Below, in pieces: positions 9,636 to 20,498 of a stretch of 64,000 bases of DNA (position 1 is the stretch's first letter; each line of letters begins with the position of its first letter). The notes below the pieces were generated by a model. The model searched no databases. It was not told the DNA's origin and saw only the letters and a list, made by a program, of their open reading frames with translations. The translations under genes were made by a program, and so were the position numbers. The stretch is from an uncultured Nitrospiraceae bacterium (lineage in GTDB: Bacteria; Nitrospirota; Nitrospiria; Nitrospirales; Nitrospiraceae), in assembly GCA_963730935.1 (NCBI GenBank), contig CAVSTP010000003.1:576001-640000 (forward strand), read 5' to 3'.

Positions 9636-11885
9636 ATGAAGACGAACACTGTTGACATCAAAGAACTCTTGGCACAGCACAATCTGACGGAAGACGAGTA
9701 CAAGAAGATTCTCGAAATCTTGGGCCGCGAGCCCAATCTCACTGAACTCGGCATGTTTTCCGTCATGTGGTCGGAGCATTGTTCGTACAAGAGCTCGCGC
9801 GTCCATCTCAAGAAGCTTCCGACTACGGGGCCTCGGGTGGTGCAGGGACCGGGGGAAAATGCGGGCGCCGTCGACATTGGAGACGGCTTGTGCGTCGTGT
9901 TCAAGATGGAGTCGCACAACCATCCGTCCTTCATCGAGCCCTATCAAGGAGCTGCCACCGGCGTCGGCGGCATCCTGCGCGACGTCTTTACGATGGGAGC
10001 GAGACCGATTGCCTTGCTCGATTCGCTGCGCTTCGGCGGGTTGGATTCGGCGAAGAATCGTCACCTGATGAGGGGCGTTGTGGCTGGGATTGCCGGCTAC
10101 GGCAACTGCATGGGGGTTCCAACGGTGGGTGGGGAAGTGCGTTTCGACGACATTTACTCCCTGAATCCGCTTGTGAATGCCTTCTGTCTGGGCGTCGCGC
10201 ACAAGGACAGGATCTTTCGGGGCACCGCCGCGGGTGTCGGCAACCCCGTCATCTACTTTGGCTCGAAGACGGGCCGAGACGGGATCCACGGCGCCACGAT
10301 GGCGTCAGACGCGTTCGATGATGAGTCCGAGCAAAAACGGCCAACCGTCCAGGTGGGCGACCCGTTCCAGGAAAAATTACTGCTGGAAGCCTGTCTTGAA
10401 TTGATGGCGAACGACCTGCTCGTCGGCATTCAGGACATGGGCGCCGCAGGGCTGACGAGCTCATCGTGCGAAATGGCCTCGCGGGCCGGGAATGGCATCG
10501 AACTGGATTTGACGCATGTGCCTCGCCGTGAGCCGGGGATGACCCCGTATGAATTGATGCTCTCCGAATCTCAGGAACGCATGTTGATGGTGGCCAAAGC
10601 GGGAAAGGAAGAGGAGTGCCTCAGGATTTGCCGGAAGTGGGATCTCGACGTGGCGGTTGTCGGCAAGGTCACGGGGGACGGCCTCTTGCGAGTACTCGAT
10701 CAAGGCCAGGTTGTGGCGGAAATTCCAGCGAAAGCCCTGGCCGATGATGGCCCAAAGTACGAACGCCCGTACTCACCTCCTGCGTATCAGGACATGCTGA
10801 CGAACCTTAACTACGATTCCATTCCGGACGTCAAAGACGCGAATGCGGCCCTGCTGACATTGTTGTCGAGTCCGACGATCGCCAGTAAGCGGTGGGTGTA
10901 TGAACAGTACGATCATATGGTGCGGACCAACACCATTGTGAGGCCAGGGTCCGATGCCGCAGTGGTCCGGATCAAGGGCACGAACAAAGCGGTCGCAATG
11001 ACCGTCGATTGCAACGGCCGATATTGTCTTCTGCATCCCTATGAAGGAGCCCGGCTGGCGGTGGTGGAGGCGGCCCGCAACCTCATCTGTTCCGGAGCCG
11101 AACCGATCGGCCTGACGGACTGCCTGAATTTTGGAAATCCCGAGCGGCCCGACATCATGTGGCAGTTCGTCCTGGCGATCGAGGGTCTCAAGGATGCCTG
11201 CGAGCATTTCAACATTCCCATCGTCAGCGGCAACGTAAGTTTCTATAACGAAACCAACGGCCTGTCCATCTATCCGACCCCGATGCTCGGGATGGTCGGA
11301 TTGATCGATGAGGCCGATCGAGCCATGACCCAATGGTTCAGGGAGGACGGCGATGCCATCGTGCTTCTGGGCAAGACCAGGGAGGATCTGGGCGGCAGCG
11401 AATATTTGAAAGTCTTGCAGCATCGGGAGCAGGGCTCTCCGCCCCTGCTGAATCTCGAAATCGAAAAGGCGCTTCAGGATTTCGTATTGAAAGTGATCCA
11501 TGAAGGACTGATTCAATCCGCGCATGACTGCTCGGACGGCGGACTTGCGGTGGCGTTGGCGGAATGCTGCGTGTCTGGGCCGCGCGCGGCGCGAGGGGCT
11601 GTGGTAAAATTAGGGCTCGGTTCATTGCGGCGCGACGCCCTCTTGTTTGGCGAAAGCCAGTCGCGAATCATCCTTTCGACAAGGTCGAATGTTGTGGAAT
11701 CGTTGTTGAGTCGTGCAGCCGAGGCCGGTGTGCCGGCCGCCAAGATCGGCACCGTGGGCGGGGATCGCTTGGTCATCGAAGTGGAGCCGGGTAAGGTGAG
11801 CGATGGTTGCCGCGTTGATCTTCCTATTGGCGAGGTGTCGGACCGCTGGGTCCATGCGATCGAGGAACAGTTGAGTCAGGAATAA
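9636..11885 (+). CDS. purL: FGAM synthase subunit PurL
   Basis: [45 protein letters not shown]. Confidence 0.98.
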   Translation: MKTNTVDIKELLAQHNLTEDEYKKILEILGREPNLTELGMFSVMWSEHCSYKSSRVHLKKLPTTGPRVVQGPGENAGAVDIGDGLCVVFKMESHNHPSFIEPYQGAATGVGGILRDVFTMGARPIALLDSLRFGGLDSAKNRHLMRGVVAGIAGYGNCMGVPTVGGEVRFDDIYSLNPLVNAFCLGVAHKDRIFRGTAAGVGNPVIYFGSKTGRDGIHGATMASDAFDDESEQKRPTVQVGDPFQEKLLLEACLELMANDLLVGIQDMGAAGLTSSSCEMASRAGNGIELDLTHVPRREPGMTPYELMLSESQERMLMVAKAGKEEECLRICRKWDLDVAVVGKVTGDGLLRVLDQGQVVAEIPAKALADDGPKYERPYSPPAYQDMLTNLNYDSIPDVKDANAALLTLLSSPTIASKRWVYEQYDHMVRTNTIVRPGSDAAVVRIKGTNKAVAMTVDCNGRYCLLHPYEGARLAVVEAARNLICSGAEPIGLTDCLNFGNPERPDIMWQFVLAIEGLKDACEHFNIPIVSGNVSFYNETNGLSIYPTPMLGMVGLIDEADRAMTQWFREDGDAIVLLGKTREDLGGSEYLKVLQHREQGSPPLLNLEIEKALQDFVLKVIHEGLIQSAHDCSDGGLAVALAECCVSGPRAARGAVVKLGLGSLRRDALLFGESQSRIILSTRSNVVESLLSRAAEAGVPAAKIGTVGGDRLVIEVEPGKVSDGCRVDLPIGEVSDRWVHAIEEQLSQE

Positions 11886-11895
11886 CGGTTGGGGT

Positions 11896-13326
11896 ATGCG
11901 CAAAGAACTTCCCATCCTGAGTCCCGATAAGTTTCACGACGAGTGCGCCGTCTTCGGCATCTACGGCCACAAGGAAGCGGCCAATCTGACGTATCTCGGA
12001 CTCTATGCGCTGCAGCACCGCGGACAGGAAGCGTCCGGCATCGTCTCCGCGGACGGCGATCATTTCCACCTGCATAAGGGCATGGGACTGGTCGCGGACA
12101 TTTACAACAATCAGACCCTCAAGAACCTCACAGGATCGATGGCCATCGGCCACAATCGCTACTCGACCGCCGGAGGCCAGGACCTCAAGAACGTTCAGCC
12201 GCTCACCGTCAATTTTGCCTTCGGGAATCTAGCGTTGGCGCACAACGGGAATCTCATCAATGCGCAGGTGCTACGCAATGAGCTCGAAGCCTACGGCGCC
12301 ATTTTCCAATCCACGTCGGACAGCGAGGTGATCATTCACCTGATTGCCCATTCCCGGGCCGACACGTTGCTCGCCCGGATCATCGACGCGCTCAGCCAGG
12401 TCCGTGGGGCGTTCTCCGTCGTGCTGCTTACCGACGACGGCATTATCGCCGCGCGCGATCCGCACGGGTTCAGACCGTTGTCGCTTGGACGGTTGCGGGA
12501 TACCTATCTCGTCGCGTCGGAAACCTGCGCGTTCGATCTGCTGGATGCCGAGATCGTTCGAGAGATCGAGCCTGGCGAGCTCGTCGTGCTCAATGAACAG
12601 GGCGTCACGAGTTACAAGCCATTTTCGTCCGTCCAGCCGGCGATGTGCATCTTCGAATATGTGTATTTCGCGAGGCCGGACAGCAAAATTTTCGGAGCCA
12701 ATGCGGTCTATACCACCCGAAAAGCCTTGGGGCGCCAGTTGGCGCAGGAGTCCTGGGTGCCGGCCGATGTCGTCATTCCTGTGCCGGACTCGGGCGTGCC
12801 GGCGGCGCTGGGCTATAGTGAAGGGGCCGGCATTCCGTTCGAAACCGGCTTGATCAGAAACCATTATGTCGGACGCACCTTCATCGAGCCCGAACAGTCG
12901 ATCCGGCACTTCGGCGTGAAGGTCAAGCTGAATGCCGTCCCCGAGGTGCTGCACGGTAAACGCGTCGTCGTGGTCGATGATTCACTGGTCCGCGGAACCA
13001 CTAGCCGCAAGATTGTGAAGATGATCCGTCAGGCCGGTGCCAAAGAAGTGCACATGCGGATCAGCTCCCCGCCGATCATTTCACCCTGTTTCTACGGCAT
13101 CGATACGCCGACAAAGAAGGAATTGATCGCGTCGAGTCATTCGTCAGAAGAGATTCGCAAGTACATTACGGCTGACAGTCTCGCCTATTTGAGTCTCGAC
13201 GGCATGTTGAAATCTGCTCCCGGCGCTCCCGATCACTACTGCAACGCCTGCTTCACCGAGCGGTACCCGATTTCCTTCACACGGGCCGAAGAATTCCAAC
13301 TCGGACTGTTCGAACGATCGAGCTAG
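11896..13326 (+). CDS. purF: Amidophosphoribosyltransferase
   Basis: ECAVFGI (N-terminal nucleophile Cys), [31 protein letters not shown]. Confidence 0.98.
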   Translation: MRKELPILSPDKFHDECAVFGIYGHKEAANLTYLGLYALQHRGQEASGIVSADGDHFHLHKGMGLVADIYNNQTLKNLTGSMAIGHNRYSTAGGQDLKNVQPLTVNFAFGNLALAHNGNLINAQVLRNELEAYGAIFQSTSDSEVIIHLIAHSRADTLLARIIDALSQVRGAFSVVLLTDDGIIAARDPHGFRPLSLGRLRDTYLVASETCAFDLLDAEIVREIEPGELVVLNEQGVTSYKPFSSVQPAMCIFEYVYFARPDSKIFGANAVYTTRKALGRQLAQESWVPADVVIPVPDSGVPAALGYSEGAGIPFETGLIRNHYVGRTFIEPEQSIRHFGVKVKLNAVPEVLHGKRVVVVDDSLVRGTTSRKIVKMIRQAGAKEVHMRISSPPIISPCFYGIDTPTKKELIASSHSSEEIRKYITADSLAYLSLDGMLKSAPGAPDHYCNACFTERYPISFTRAEEFQLGLFERSS

Positions 13327-13467
13327 AACGCAAGTCTCACCGTTACCTGCTGTCTCCTTCTCACCAAGTGCCTCTCTCCTCCGCCTGTACGGCTGCCGTT
13401 GCTCCCCAAAAAAACTGCATGGTAGGATAGCGCGACTGCACGATCATATCGCCTCATGGAGGTCCTC

Positions 13468-14004
13468 ATGAACCGTCTTGCCGTCATCCTTGGCGTCGTT
13501 CTGGTCCCTGTACTGTCTGTTCACCTCCTGCTTGCCGCAGGATTCTTCAAAGTCGGCGAAAAAGCGCCCTCCTTCGCGTTGAATGCCATTAGCGGCGAAC
13601 CCGTCTCATTGGATGCCTATAAGGGAAAGGTCGTTGTGCTCGGGCTCTTCCACATCTGCGACCCCTGCATGATGCAGGGTACCAACTTGCAAAAGGTCTA
13701 TGAAGCGACTCAGGGAAAGAATGTCGCAGTCGTCGGGGTCAATTCATCCGGCAATTCCAAAAAGGAGGTCGGCGAGTTTCTGTCTGCGTTTCCAGTGAAG
13801 GTCACCTATCCGTATCTCCTGGATCCTGGCAAAGTGACTGATAAGCTCTACGGCGGCGGCAAATTCATTCCGAATGTGTATGTCATCGATCAGCAAGGCG
13901 TCATTCGCTGGCAGCGAGTCGGAAACATGGAACTGGCAGGAGCGGACGTCATCATTGCAGAGGTGGAGAAGCTACTGGCTGCCGGGAGCAGCAGCAAGAT
14001 GTAA
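13468..14004 (+). CDS. TlpA/ResA-like thioredoxin-fold redoxin, exported
   Basis: GGAGG RBS, N-terminal signal, VGEKAPSF, CDPC (CxxC), IPNVYVIDQQGVIR. Confidence 0.85.
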   Translation: MNRLAVILGVVLVPVLSVHLLLAAGFFKVGEKAPSFALNAISGEPVSLDAYKGKVVVLGLFHICDPCMMQGTNLQKVYEATQGKNVAVVGVNSSGNSKKEVGEFLSAFPVKVTYPYLLDPGKVTDKLYGGGKFIPNVYVIDQQGVIRWQRVGNMELAGADVIIAEVEKLLAAGSSSKM

Positions 14005-14038
14005 GCAGCGGGTCTGCTGCGAGAGAGGAAACTCCAGA

Positions 14039-14278
14039 ATGGATGAGATGGAAGAGGGGAAACAGAAGTTTCTGGAAGTGGTGAAAGGGATTGACCCACA
14101 AGTATCGGTCGTGATCCCGGTCACGCCGTCGAACAGCATGTTCCTCATATCGCTCACGAAAGGGGCCAATCGCAAATTCATTACGGTGCCAGAGGACGAC
14201 ATCATCGATTTGCCCAACGAAGCCGGCATCCTCACCAAGGTCACCAAGACGGTCAAGGATGCGGTGGGTTCGCTATGA
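14039..14278 (+). CDS. Hypothetical protein (79 aa)
   Basis: GAGGA upstream; codon usage like neighbours; MDEMEEGKQKFLEVVK... Confidence 0.7.
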   Translation: MDEMEEGKQKFLEVVKGIDPQVSVVIPVTPSNSMFLISLTKGANRKFITVPEDDIIDLPNEAGILTKVTKTVKDAVGSL

Positions 14279-14318
14279 AGCGGTCCGCGCTTCCACTCAA
14301 GGTAACCATACGGCGGTC

Positions 14319-14912
14319 ATGAAGCCACTTTTTCCCGGTATCTGGCAGTGGTCCTGGTTTTCCGAAGAGAAGCAGTTGAATTTCAACGGCCTGTTTCTCA
14401 CGGTCGGAGAACATAAAATTCTTGTCGATCCGCCTCCCATGACGGCAGAGGCCAGCACCTTTATCCGACGACAGGGTCAACTCGACTACATTATCGTGAC
14501 GAATCGAGACCATGCGCGTGAAGCGGGGGCTTGCCAGTCGGATTTCCGCTGCCAGTTGCAAGTTCCCGATGCCGATGCGCCTCAGATGGATCTCAAACCG
14601 TCCAAGACCTTCAAGGACCAAGAACTGTTGCCCGGCGGCCTCTGGGTCATTCACCTGCAGGATCAGAAATCGCCTGGTGAATCGGCGTTGTTTCTTCAAC
14701 AGGGGAAAGGTGTGCTCATCGTCGGCGATGCATTGATCGGCAAACCGCCCGGCGCGCTGTCGTTATTGCCGCCGGAGAAATATGCCGATGCGGCCAAAGC
14801 CAAAGCAGGGCTGCGCCGTCTTTTGAAATATCAATTTGACGCCATCCTTGTCGGCGATGGAACCTCGATGCTCACGGACGCGAAAGCGGCTGTTGAACAG
14901 GCCGTCGCCTAG
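14319..14912 (+). CDS. Metallo-beta-lactamase-fold protein
   Basis: ILVDPPP, IIVTNRDHAR, SPGE, LIVGDALIG, ILVGDG (degenerate metal motif). Confidence 0.75.
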   Translation: MKPLFPGIWQWSWFSEEKQLNFNGLFLTVGEHKILVDPPPMTAEASTFIRRQGQLDYIIVTNRDHAREAGACQSDFRCQLQVPDADAPQMDLKPSKTFKDQELLPGGLWVIHLQDQKSPGESALFLQQGKGVLIVGDALIGKPPGALSLLPPEKYADAAKAKAGLRRLLKYQFDAILVGDGTSMLTDAKAAVEQAVA

Positions 14913-14940
14913 CCTGTGACGAATCGGTTGACGACATCCC

Positions 14941-15765
14941 ATGCCACTCAAGAACGGGCTATCCGAAGAATTGAACCGGCAGGGCAACGAACATTTTGGC
15001 CGCGGCCACTATACTGAAGCCTATGCCTGCTACGCCAAGGCCCTCGAATGCGATCGTCTCACCGGTGATCAGCGGGCGTTGGCGGCAACGCTGGGGAATT
15101 TAGGGAATATTTGCGCCGTGAGCGGCCGGCGCGACGCGGCCCAGAATTATTATCAGGAAGTCCTGGAGTTGCAGAAAATCTTCGGAGACGAAAAGGGCAT
15201 TGGCACCACGTTGGCGAACCTTGGAAACTTGCGCGCGGATGCAGGGGAATGGGACCGCGCCAAGGCCTATTATCTCGAGGCGCTCGATTTGATGATGAAG
15301 ACGCACGATGAAGCCGCCAAGGCCGTGCTGTTTTCAGATTTGGGCCTGATCGCCAGGGAACAGGGCCAGTTCCACGAGGCGATTGCCTATTACGAGAAGT
15401 CGATGCTTTTGATGCGCCGGCTGGGCAACGATGGCGGAGTGGCCGATGCCTGGCGCATGATGGGCCGCACGTTCTTGCTTCAAAAGCGGTTTGACGACGC
15501 GGTCGCCTGCGGCCATACCAGCCAGTCGATTGCGGAACGGTTCCGCGACGAACTCCGTAACGGCGGGGCGCGGTATCTGCTGGCCGACTGTTATGAAGCC
15601 ATGGGCCGGGTAGAGGAAGCGGCTCAGTTGCTCGAACTGGTGGTTGCGATGGACCGAAAGTATCAACTGCCTAAGCTGGAAGAGAATACCAGACGGTTGC
15701 ACGCGCTACGGGAGCGGCTCTCGAATGACGCCTCACGAGAGGCTGCCAGGGAGTCACACGGATGA
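14941..15765 (+). CDS. Tetratricopeptide-repeat protein
   Basis: Repeated TLGNLGNI / TLANLGNL...A..YY.EAL TPR units. Confidence 0.85.
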   Translation: MPLKNGLSEELNRQGNEHFGRGHYTEAYACYAKALECDRLTGDQRALAATLGNLGNICAVSGRRDAAQNYYQEVLELQKIFGDEKGIGTTLANLGNLRADAGEWDRAKAYYLEALDLMMKTHDEAAKAVLFSDLGLIAREQGQFHEAIAYYEKSMLLMRRLGNDGGVADAWRMMGRTFLLQKRFDDAVACGHTSQSIAERFRDELRNGGARYLLADCYEAMGRVEEAAQLLELVVAMDRKYQLPKLEENTRRLHALRERLSNDASREAARESHG

Positions 15766-16199
15766 GTGAGACTATGTTACCGCAGTGGAAGGAAGCTCGG
15801 ACGACGTTGGCCAAAGCGTTTCCACAACTCTACGAGCTGGAGCCTGACGGCCCTCTGGCCCTTGACCTCGGGACTGACGGTTGGTTGCTGGAGATCAAGC
15901 CGGACGGCAAGTTGCTCTGCCAGTACGGCGTTGCGATGGACGATGTCATGAGCCTCCTGTCCGAGGGGACGCCTGAGGACTTAGGTACGGACGAGGTGGC
16001 CAAGCAGGCCAAGTACTTCATCCAACCCGCCGTCTCGAAATTCCGGCCGTTGCTGCTGCAATCGGGATTTTCCGAGCAAACGGAGATGACCGAGGAGTAT
16101 GTGGCGGTGACGTTCGAGCGCGAGGTGGATTTGGGGAATCTCTCCAAAGTCCAGGACCTCGTGCGCTGGTGCTGCCGGCAGATCGGCGGAGCGCCATGA
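15762..16199 (+). CDS. Hypothetical protein
   Basis: ATGA-coupled to both flanking genes; GGAG RBS. Confidence 0.7.
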   Translation: MSETMLPQWKEARTTLAKAFPQLYELEPDGPLALDLGTDGWLLEIKPDGKLLCQYGVAMDDVMSLLSEGTPEDLGTDEVAKQAKYFIQPAVSKFRPLLLQSGFSEQTEMTEEYVAVTFEREVDLGNLSKVQDLVRWCCRQIGGAP

Positions 16200-17263
16200 G
16201 GCCGTCCATCAAGACCTTCGAAGATTTCCGCGACACCCTGTCGGCGTATTGCCTCCCTCGGGTGATTCTGACTGCGCTCGAACTGAAGCTCTTCACAGTG
16301 ATCGGCAAAAATACCTGGCAATTGGAGGACCTTGCGCGCGAACTGAAAGTGAGCGAGCGCGGGCTGTCGATCTTGTGTCGGAATCTGGCCATGGCCGGAC
16401 TGCTGCACAAAAAGGGAAATCGCTATCGCAACAGCCCGCTTGCCGCGACTGCCTTGAACGCCGACGATCCGGCTTATCGCGGAAGCTATTTGCACCTGAT
16501 CACGAACCATTCGACCGACTGGTTGCGCCTGATGGAATCGATCAGAACGGGAGAGCCGCTGGATAAAGACGAACCGGAAGCACCGGACTACCGCCGCCAG
16601 TTTACCTGGGCCATGCACCATCGGACGCTGGAGACGGCGCCGATGATCGCCGCCCAACTGCCCCTAAAAGGGGTCAGGACGTTGCTCGATCTCGGAGGAG
16701 GGCCGGGAACGTATGCGATGGCGTTTCTCGCCAAGAACCCTGGTCTTCAGGCCACGGTCTGCGACCGTCCAGCTGCATTGGAGGTGGCCAGAGAGATTGC
16801 GGCGACACACAAGGCAGGCGCTCGTCTCTCGTATCTACCGGTGGACCTATTGAGTGACGACATCCCTGGACGGTTTGATGTGATCTGGTATTCCAATGTG
16901 CTCCACATTTACTCGCCCGAGCAAAATTTCCAGGTGTTCCGCCGTGCCAGGGCAGCGCTGGCTGACGGGGGCCGCTTGATCATTCAGGATGCATTCCTGC
17001 ACGGTCGCGAGGGGTTGTTCCCCGAAGAAGCCTCCCTATTCGCGGTGTCCATGTTGCTGTTCACAGAATCAGGCAATACCTATTCCGTGGCAGACACGAC
17101 ATCGTGGTTAAAGGAAGCGGGTTTTTCGTCCGTCAGGCCGTTGAAGATGGCGAGGGGGAAGGAGGATTGGGAGGGCGGGATCCTCGAGGCCGTAGTCCCT
17201 GCAAGACCGTCCAAAACGCGCGCCCCCCGAAGACGATCAGCGCGAAATTCGCGCTCCCGCTGA
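16196..17263 (+). CDS. Class I SAM-dependent O-methyltransferase (dimerisation + Methyltransf_2)
   Basis: TALELKLF dimerisation helix, LLDLGGGPG, SNVLHIY, GGRLIIQD. Confidence 0.88.
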   Translation: MRPSIKTFEDFRDTLSAYCLPRVILTALELKLFTVIGKNTWQLEDLARELKVSERGLSILCRNLAMAGLLHKKGNRYRNSPLAATALNADDPAYRGSYLHLITNHSTDWLRLMESIRTGEPLDKDEPEAPDYRRQFTWAMHHRTLETAPMIAAQLPLKGVRTLLDLGGGPGTYAMAFLAKNPGLQATVCDRPAALEVAREIAATHKAGARLSYLPVDLLSDDIPGRFDVIWYSNVLHIYSPEQNFQVFRRARAALADGGRLIIQDAFLHGREGLFPEEASLFAVSMLLFTESGNTYSVADTTSWLKEAGFSSVRPLKMARGKEDWEGGILEAVVPARPSKTRAPRRRSARNSRSR

Positions 17264-17555
17264 CCACACTGAGGGCGAGCGTGAGATCCGACCCCTCGCG
17301 TCCTCCCAGAATGCTGACCACTGTGGCGAGGTCGACCGCTAATCCAATGGTGCCGTAGACGACAGCCGCCATCGCGGCCCAACCCCATCCCAACAGAATG
17401 GCCCCAGCCAGGCCAAGCGGCAGCAGCACGAGAAAGAGCCACCACAGGACATGAGGCGATCCCGGCATGGCCGGAGACAGGACGAGCAACAAGGTGGCGA
17501 CACCAACTGCAGCGAGGGTGAGCAGCGTGACGAGTAAGATCTGTCGATGGGGCAT
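17133..17555 (-). CDS. Hypothetical 4-TM membrane protein
   Basis: Four hydrophobic segments; 3' end overlaps the methyltransferase 3' end. Confidence 0.55.
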   Translation of the reverse strand: MPHRQILLVTLLTLAAVGVATLLLVLSPAMPGSPHVLWWLFLVLLPLGLAGAILLGWGWAAMAAVVYGTIGLAVDLATVVSILGGREGSDLTLALSVVSGSANFALIVFGGRAFWTVLQGLRPRGSRPPNPPSPSPSSTA

Positions 17556-17608
17556 GTGCAAATCTTACTGGTCGCGCCATGAACGGGCAACCATGCACAG
17601 GCCGAGCT

Positions 17609-18004
17609 ATGGACGAGCCGTTTTCTCGCGATACGCCACAATGTCTCATCTATGACGGCCGCTGCCGGATGTGCGTCACGGCCAAGGGTGGTCTCGAGCG
17701 GCTGGCCGGTAAAGGCAAGGCTCTGCGTATGATCCCGTATCAGAGCGAGGAGGCCGAACGGTTGCTGGGCCCACGATACCATGGGGGTCGACCAGAGGCC
17801 GCCTTTCTGGTCGCTGCCGATGGCCGGATCGCCACTGGGCTGGACGCCTTTCTCCCGCTGCTTCCTGGGTTAAAGGGGGGGCGTATCCTGGCCAGGCTGT
17901 TCGCCTTTCCGTTTGTGAAACCGCTTGGCTATTGGGTCTACAGGCTGGTAGCTAAGTACCGCTACGAGGTCTTTGGAGAAGTCCCTCTCGACCGGAAGGA
18001 CTAA
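17609..18004 (+). CDS. DCC1-like (DUF393) thiol-disulfide oxidoreductase
   Basis: LIYDGRCRMC (DGxCxxC) and YRLVAKYRYEVFG C-terminal motif. Confidence 0.85.
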   Translation: MDEPFSRDTPQCLIYDGRCRMCVTAKGGLERLAGKGKALRMIPYQSEEAERLLGPRYHGGRPEAAFLVAADGRIATGLDAFLPLLPGLKGGRILARLFAFPFVKPLGYWVYRLVAKYRYEVFGEVPLDRKD

Positions 18005-18144
18005 TTGTCCTCTACTCCGTTGCCTCTGCAACTTTTGATCGGTTGGGAACACCACCCCCTTTTGGGGGATTGTCCCCCACAGCGGGGAATGTTCAGCATA
18101 GGTCGGTTCCTGGCATAGTCGGTACAGGAACGGGAGGCCTGAAT

Positions 18145-19020
18145 ATGCCGTCTACCTTGAGGTTAGGAAGTCTGGTCTTCACGATCATTGCCTTCCCGGT
18201 GCTGGGTCTGGCGGGCGAGCCGGCAGCCGTTCCAGCCGCGAACGCGCAGGTCGTCGTCGCAGCCGGATTCGGATTTCAGGACGAAGAAGCCTCCTCTATC
18301 ACCGTCAAGACCTACGATGCGCAATCCGGGGAAGTGCTTTCCGCGGACACCTACGAACTCGATATCAAGGACGATGGCCCTTCTTCCAGCCATCCTCGCA
18401 CGCGAATCTTTGCCGGAGGAGTCGGGGCAGGGACCGGCAGTCTTTCGGAATTTACCCTTCGGGTCTACGATGCATCGAACGGACGTTTTCTCTGGGAAGG
18501 TCGTCTGAACCTCACCCCCGGCGAACATCCGGAGGTCGGGACACACCGAGTCGTGGCGCACGTCCAACCGCGAGCAGCGGCCACTAGGGTTGCTGCCAGA
18601 CCAAAAGACGCCGGACAGCCCCATTTCGTCCTTCGCGCTCTGAATCCTCAGACAGGACAGTTGGTGTGGGCCGACGAATTTTCTACGGAAGCCCCGGAGG
18701 TGCGGATCGAGCGGATTAGCCGAAGCGTCATCGGCATGACGGGAACGGCACCGCGTGATATCGATTTCCGGATCAAGATGCCGGATCAAGCCGGCCGGCG
18801 GTGGTTATGGGAGGATAAGATTGAACCCGCCGATGAGGACAGTGAGGCCTCTGCGCCCGATCAGTCGGATGAGACGGCGGGATTCTTCCGACATGATCGT
18901 CAGATTACGATTCCTTCGGCCGCCCTTCCTGCCAGTGCGCCATCCAGCGGGATTGGAATTGATCGTAGGACAGTGACAGTTCGGCTTGCATCGCGGCCGG
19001 CAGGCTTTGCTTTTTCTTGA
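18145..19020 (+). CDS. Exported hypothetical protein (beta-rich)
   Basis: GGAGG RBS, signal peptide, repeated YDAxxGxxLW-like units. Confidence 0.65.
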   Translation: MPSTLRLGSLVFTIIAFPVLGLAGEPAAVPAANAQVVVAAGFGFQDEEASSITVKTYDAQSGEVLSADTYELDIKDDGPSSSHPRTRIFAGGVGAGTGSLSEFTLRVYDASNGRFLWEGRLNLTPGEHPEVGTHRVVAHVQPRAAATRVAARPKDAGQPHFVLRALNPQTGQLVWADEFSTEAPEVRIERISRSVIGMTGTAPRDIDFRIKMPDQAGRRWLWEDKIEPADEDSEASAPDQSDETAGFFRHDRQITIPSAALPASAPSSGIGIDRRTVTVRLASRPAGFAFS

Positions 19021-20353
19021 GCCTGGCCAACAATTGCTGCACTTCGTGCATCCCGTAGCGATTGATGAGATACCGGGTTGCTGAATCCGCCTCCAGGTAG
19101 GCCACAGAGGCCGCTTCGCTCGAAAGCTCGTTCCAACTACCTTCCAGCGCGGTCAATGGAATCACGGAAAGCTCATGCCGGCGAAGTTGGTCGATGTCCG
19201 GCCAATGATCGCTGGACAGCTGCATGGCCAGCCCTTCGTTGAGCCAGGTCGGTAAGGCGTTCTGGTTCACGCCCTGCTGATCGTGCAGCAATGCGTGGAC
19301 GAATTCATGGCGCAGCACCCGCTTCAACCAGGCCCGGTCCGTCAACGCCCCTTGCGTCGGCAGGTGAATGCGACCTAAGACCGGATCGAACAATCCATCG
19401 GCCCAGGCAGGACTACCGGTATTGGCTTGAAAGCTCGCATTCGGGTGCAGGACGACGACTATAGGTTTCGAGGGGAAATGCCCGAACTTTTGGCCCACTT
19501 CCCTGTAGGCCTCTTCGAGGATATCCAGCACAATCGTCCAAGAATCCTGATCGCCGTGTCCGTCGTATTTGACCGTGAAGTGAGCGCCGTCACGGCTCGT
19601 CAGCCGGCTTTCCATGTGATCGGCCTGCTGCATTTTCGAAGTTACCGTGCGCAGGTAGGACTGCGCGGACGGATCGTCTGCCGACCGTTGGGAGGCCTGA
19701 TCCAAATGGCGGGCCGCTTCACCGAGGCGCCCGTGCTCCTGGAGCCAGTCGGCTAACGCGACATGCGGGAACGGGTCCTGCGGCGCCAGCGCAACCAGCC
19801 GTTCGAGGAAGTCCTGATTCATCGCGGGATCGCGTTGCTCCCAGTACCCGTGGGCCAGGTTCATCTGGATGACGGGATTGTTCGGATCGAGAGAGGCCGC
19901 TTTCTTGAACGCCTTGAGCGAGCCCTTGGTTCCCTCGAGCTTTTCCTGCTCGATGCCGAGATTGTTCCAAAGAATCGCGACATAGGAGCGGGTGCGCGCG
20001 TCGGCTTGTACGGCCTCAGGCAGGTCGTGCAGTTGCGCCTCAGCCGTCTTCAGGTTACCTTTCTCGATCTCTTCCCGAATCGCTTCCAAGGTTCTACGGT
20101 GCTTGGTGTCGGGCACCCCACCCGCATCAATGACGCGCAGTTGTTTTTGAGCCGGTGCCGGAGGTTCCTCAGGGGGTGGTTCATAGGCCGAGTCAGCGAC
20201 GCGGTCCGTCCGATCGATCGTCGAGTTATGATCGACGGGTGCCGGTGGCGGAGTTTGGATATAGACAGGCTTGAGGACCGCCTCGTAGACGATAAACAGT
20301 CCCAGCACGCCTGCAATCGGATAGAGGATATTGGAAATGTTTCGACGGTACAT
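18905..20353 (-). CDS. Membrane-anchored TPR protein with peptidase-MA-like zinc metallopeptidase domain
   Basis: N-terminal TM, TPR units, LRHEFVHALL (HExxH) and PTWLNEGLA. Confidence 0.85.
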   Translation of the reverse strand: MYRRNISNILYPIAGVLGLFIVYEAVLKPVYIQTPPPAPVDHNSTIDRTDRVADSAYEPPPEEPPAPAQKQLRVIDAGGVPDTKHRRTLEAIREEIEKGNLKTAEAQLHDLPEAVQADARTRSYVAILWNNLGIEQEKLEGTKGSLKAFKKAASLDPNNPVIQMNLAHGYWEQRDPAMNQDFLERLVALAPQDPFPHVALADWLQEHGRLGEAARHLDQASQRSADDPSAQSYLRTVTSKMQQADHMESRLTSRDGAHFTVKYDGHGDQDSWTIVLDILEEAYREVGQKFGHFPSKPIVVVLHPNASFQANTGSPAWADGLFDPVLGRIHLPTQGALTDRAWLKRVLRHEFVHALLHDQQGVNQNALPTWLNEGLAMQLSSDHWPDIDQLRRHELSVIPLTALEGSWNELSSEAASVAYLEADSATRYLINRYGMHEVQQLLARLKKKQSLPAAMQAELSLSYDQFQSRWMAHWQEGRPKES

Positions 20354-20498
20354 GAAGACCGACCATTTCAGTCTGCGGTCAGTCTAGCACTAAGGATCCC
20401 TACGCCAAAGAAATGTAAGGAAATCTACAGGACTTCTCGGTATGTCGGGGCCGGCTTCCGTTGAGGAGGCATTAGGGCTGTGATACGATCGGCCCTCA

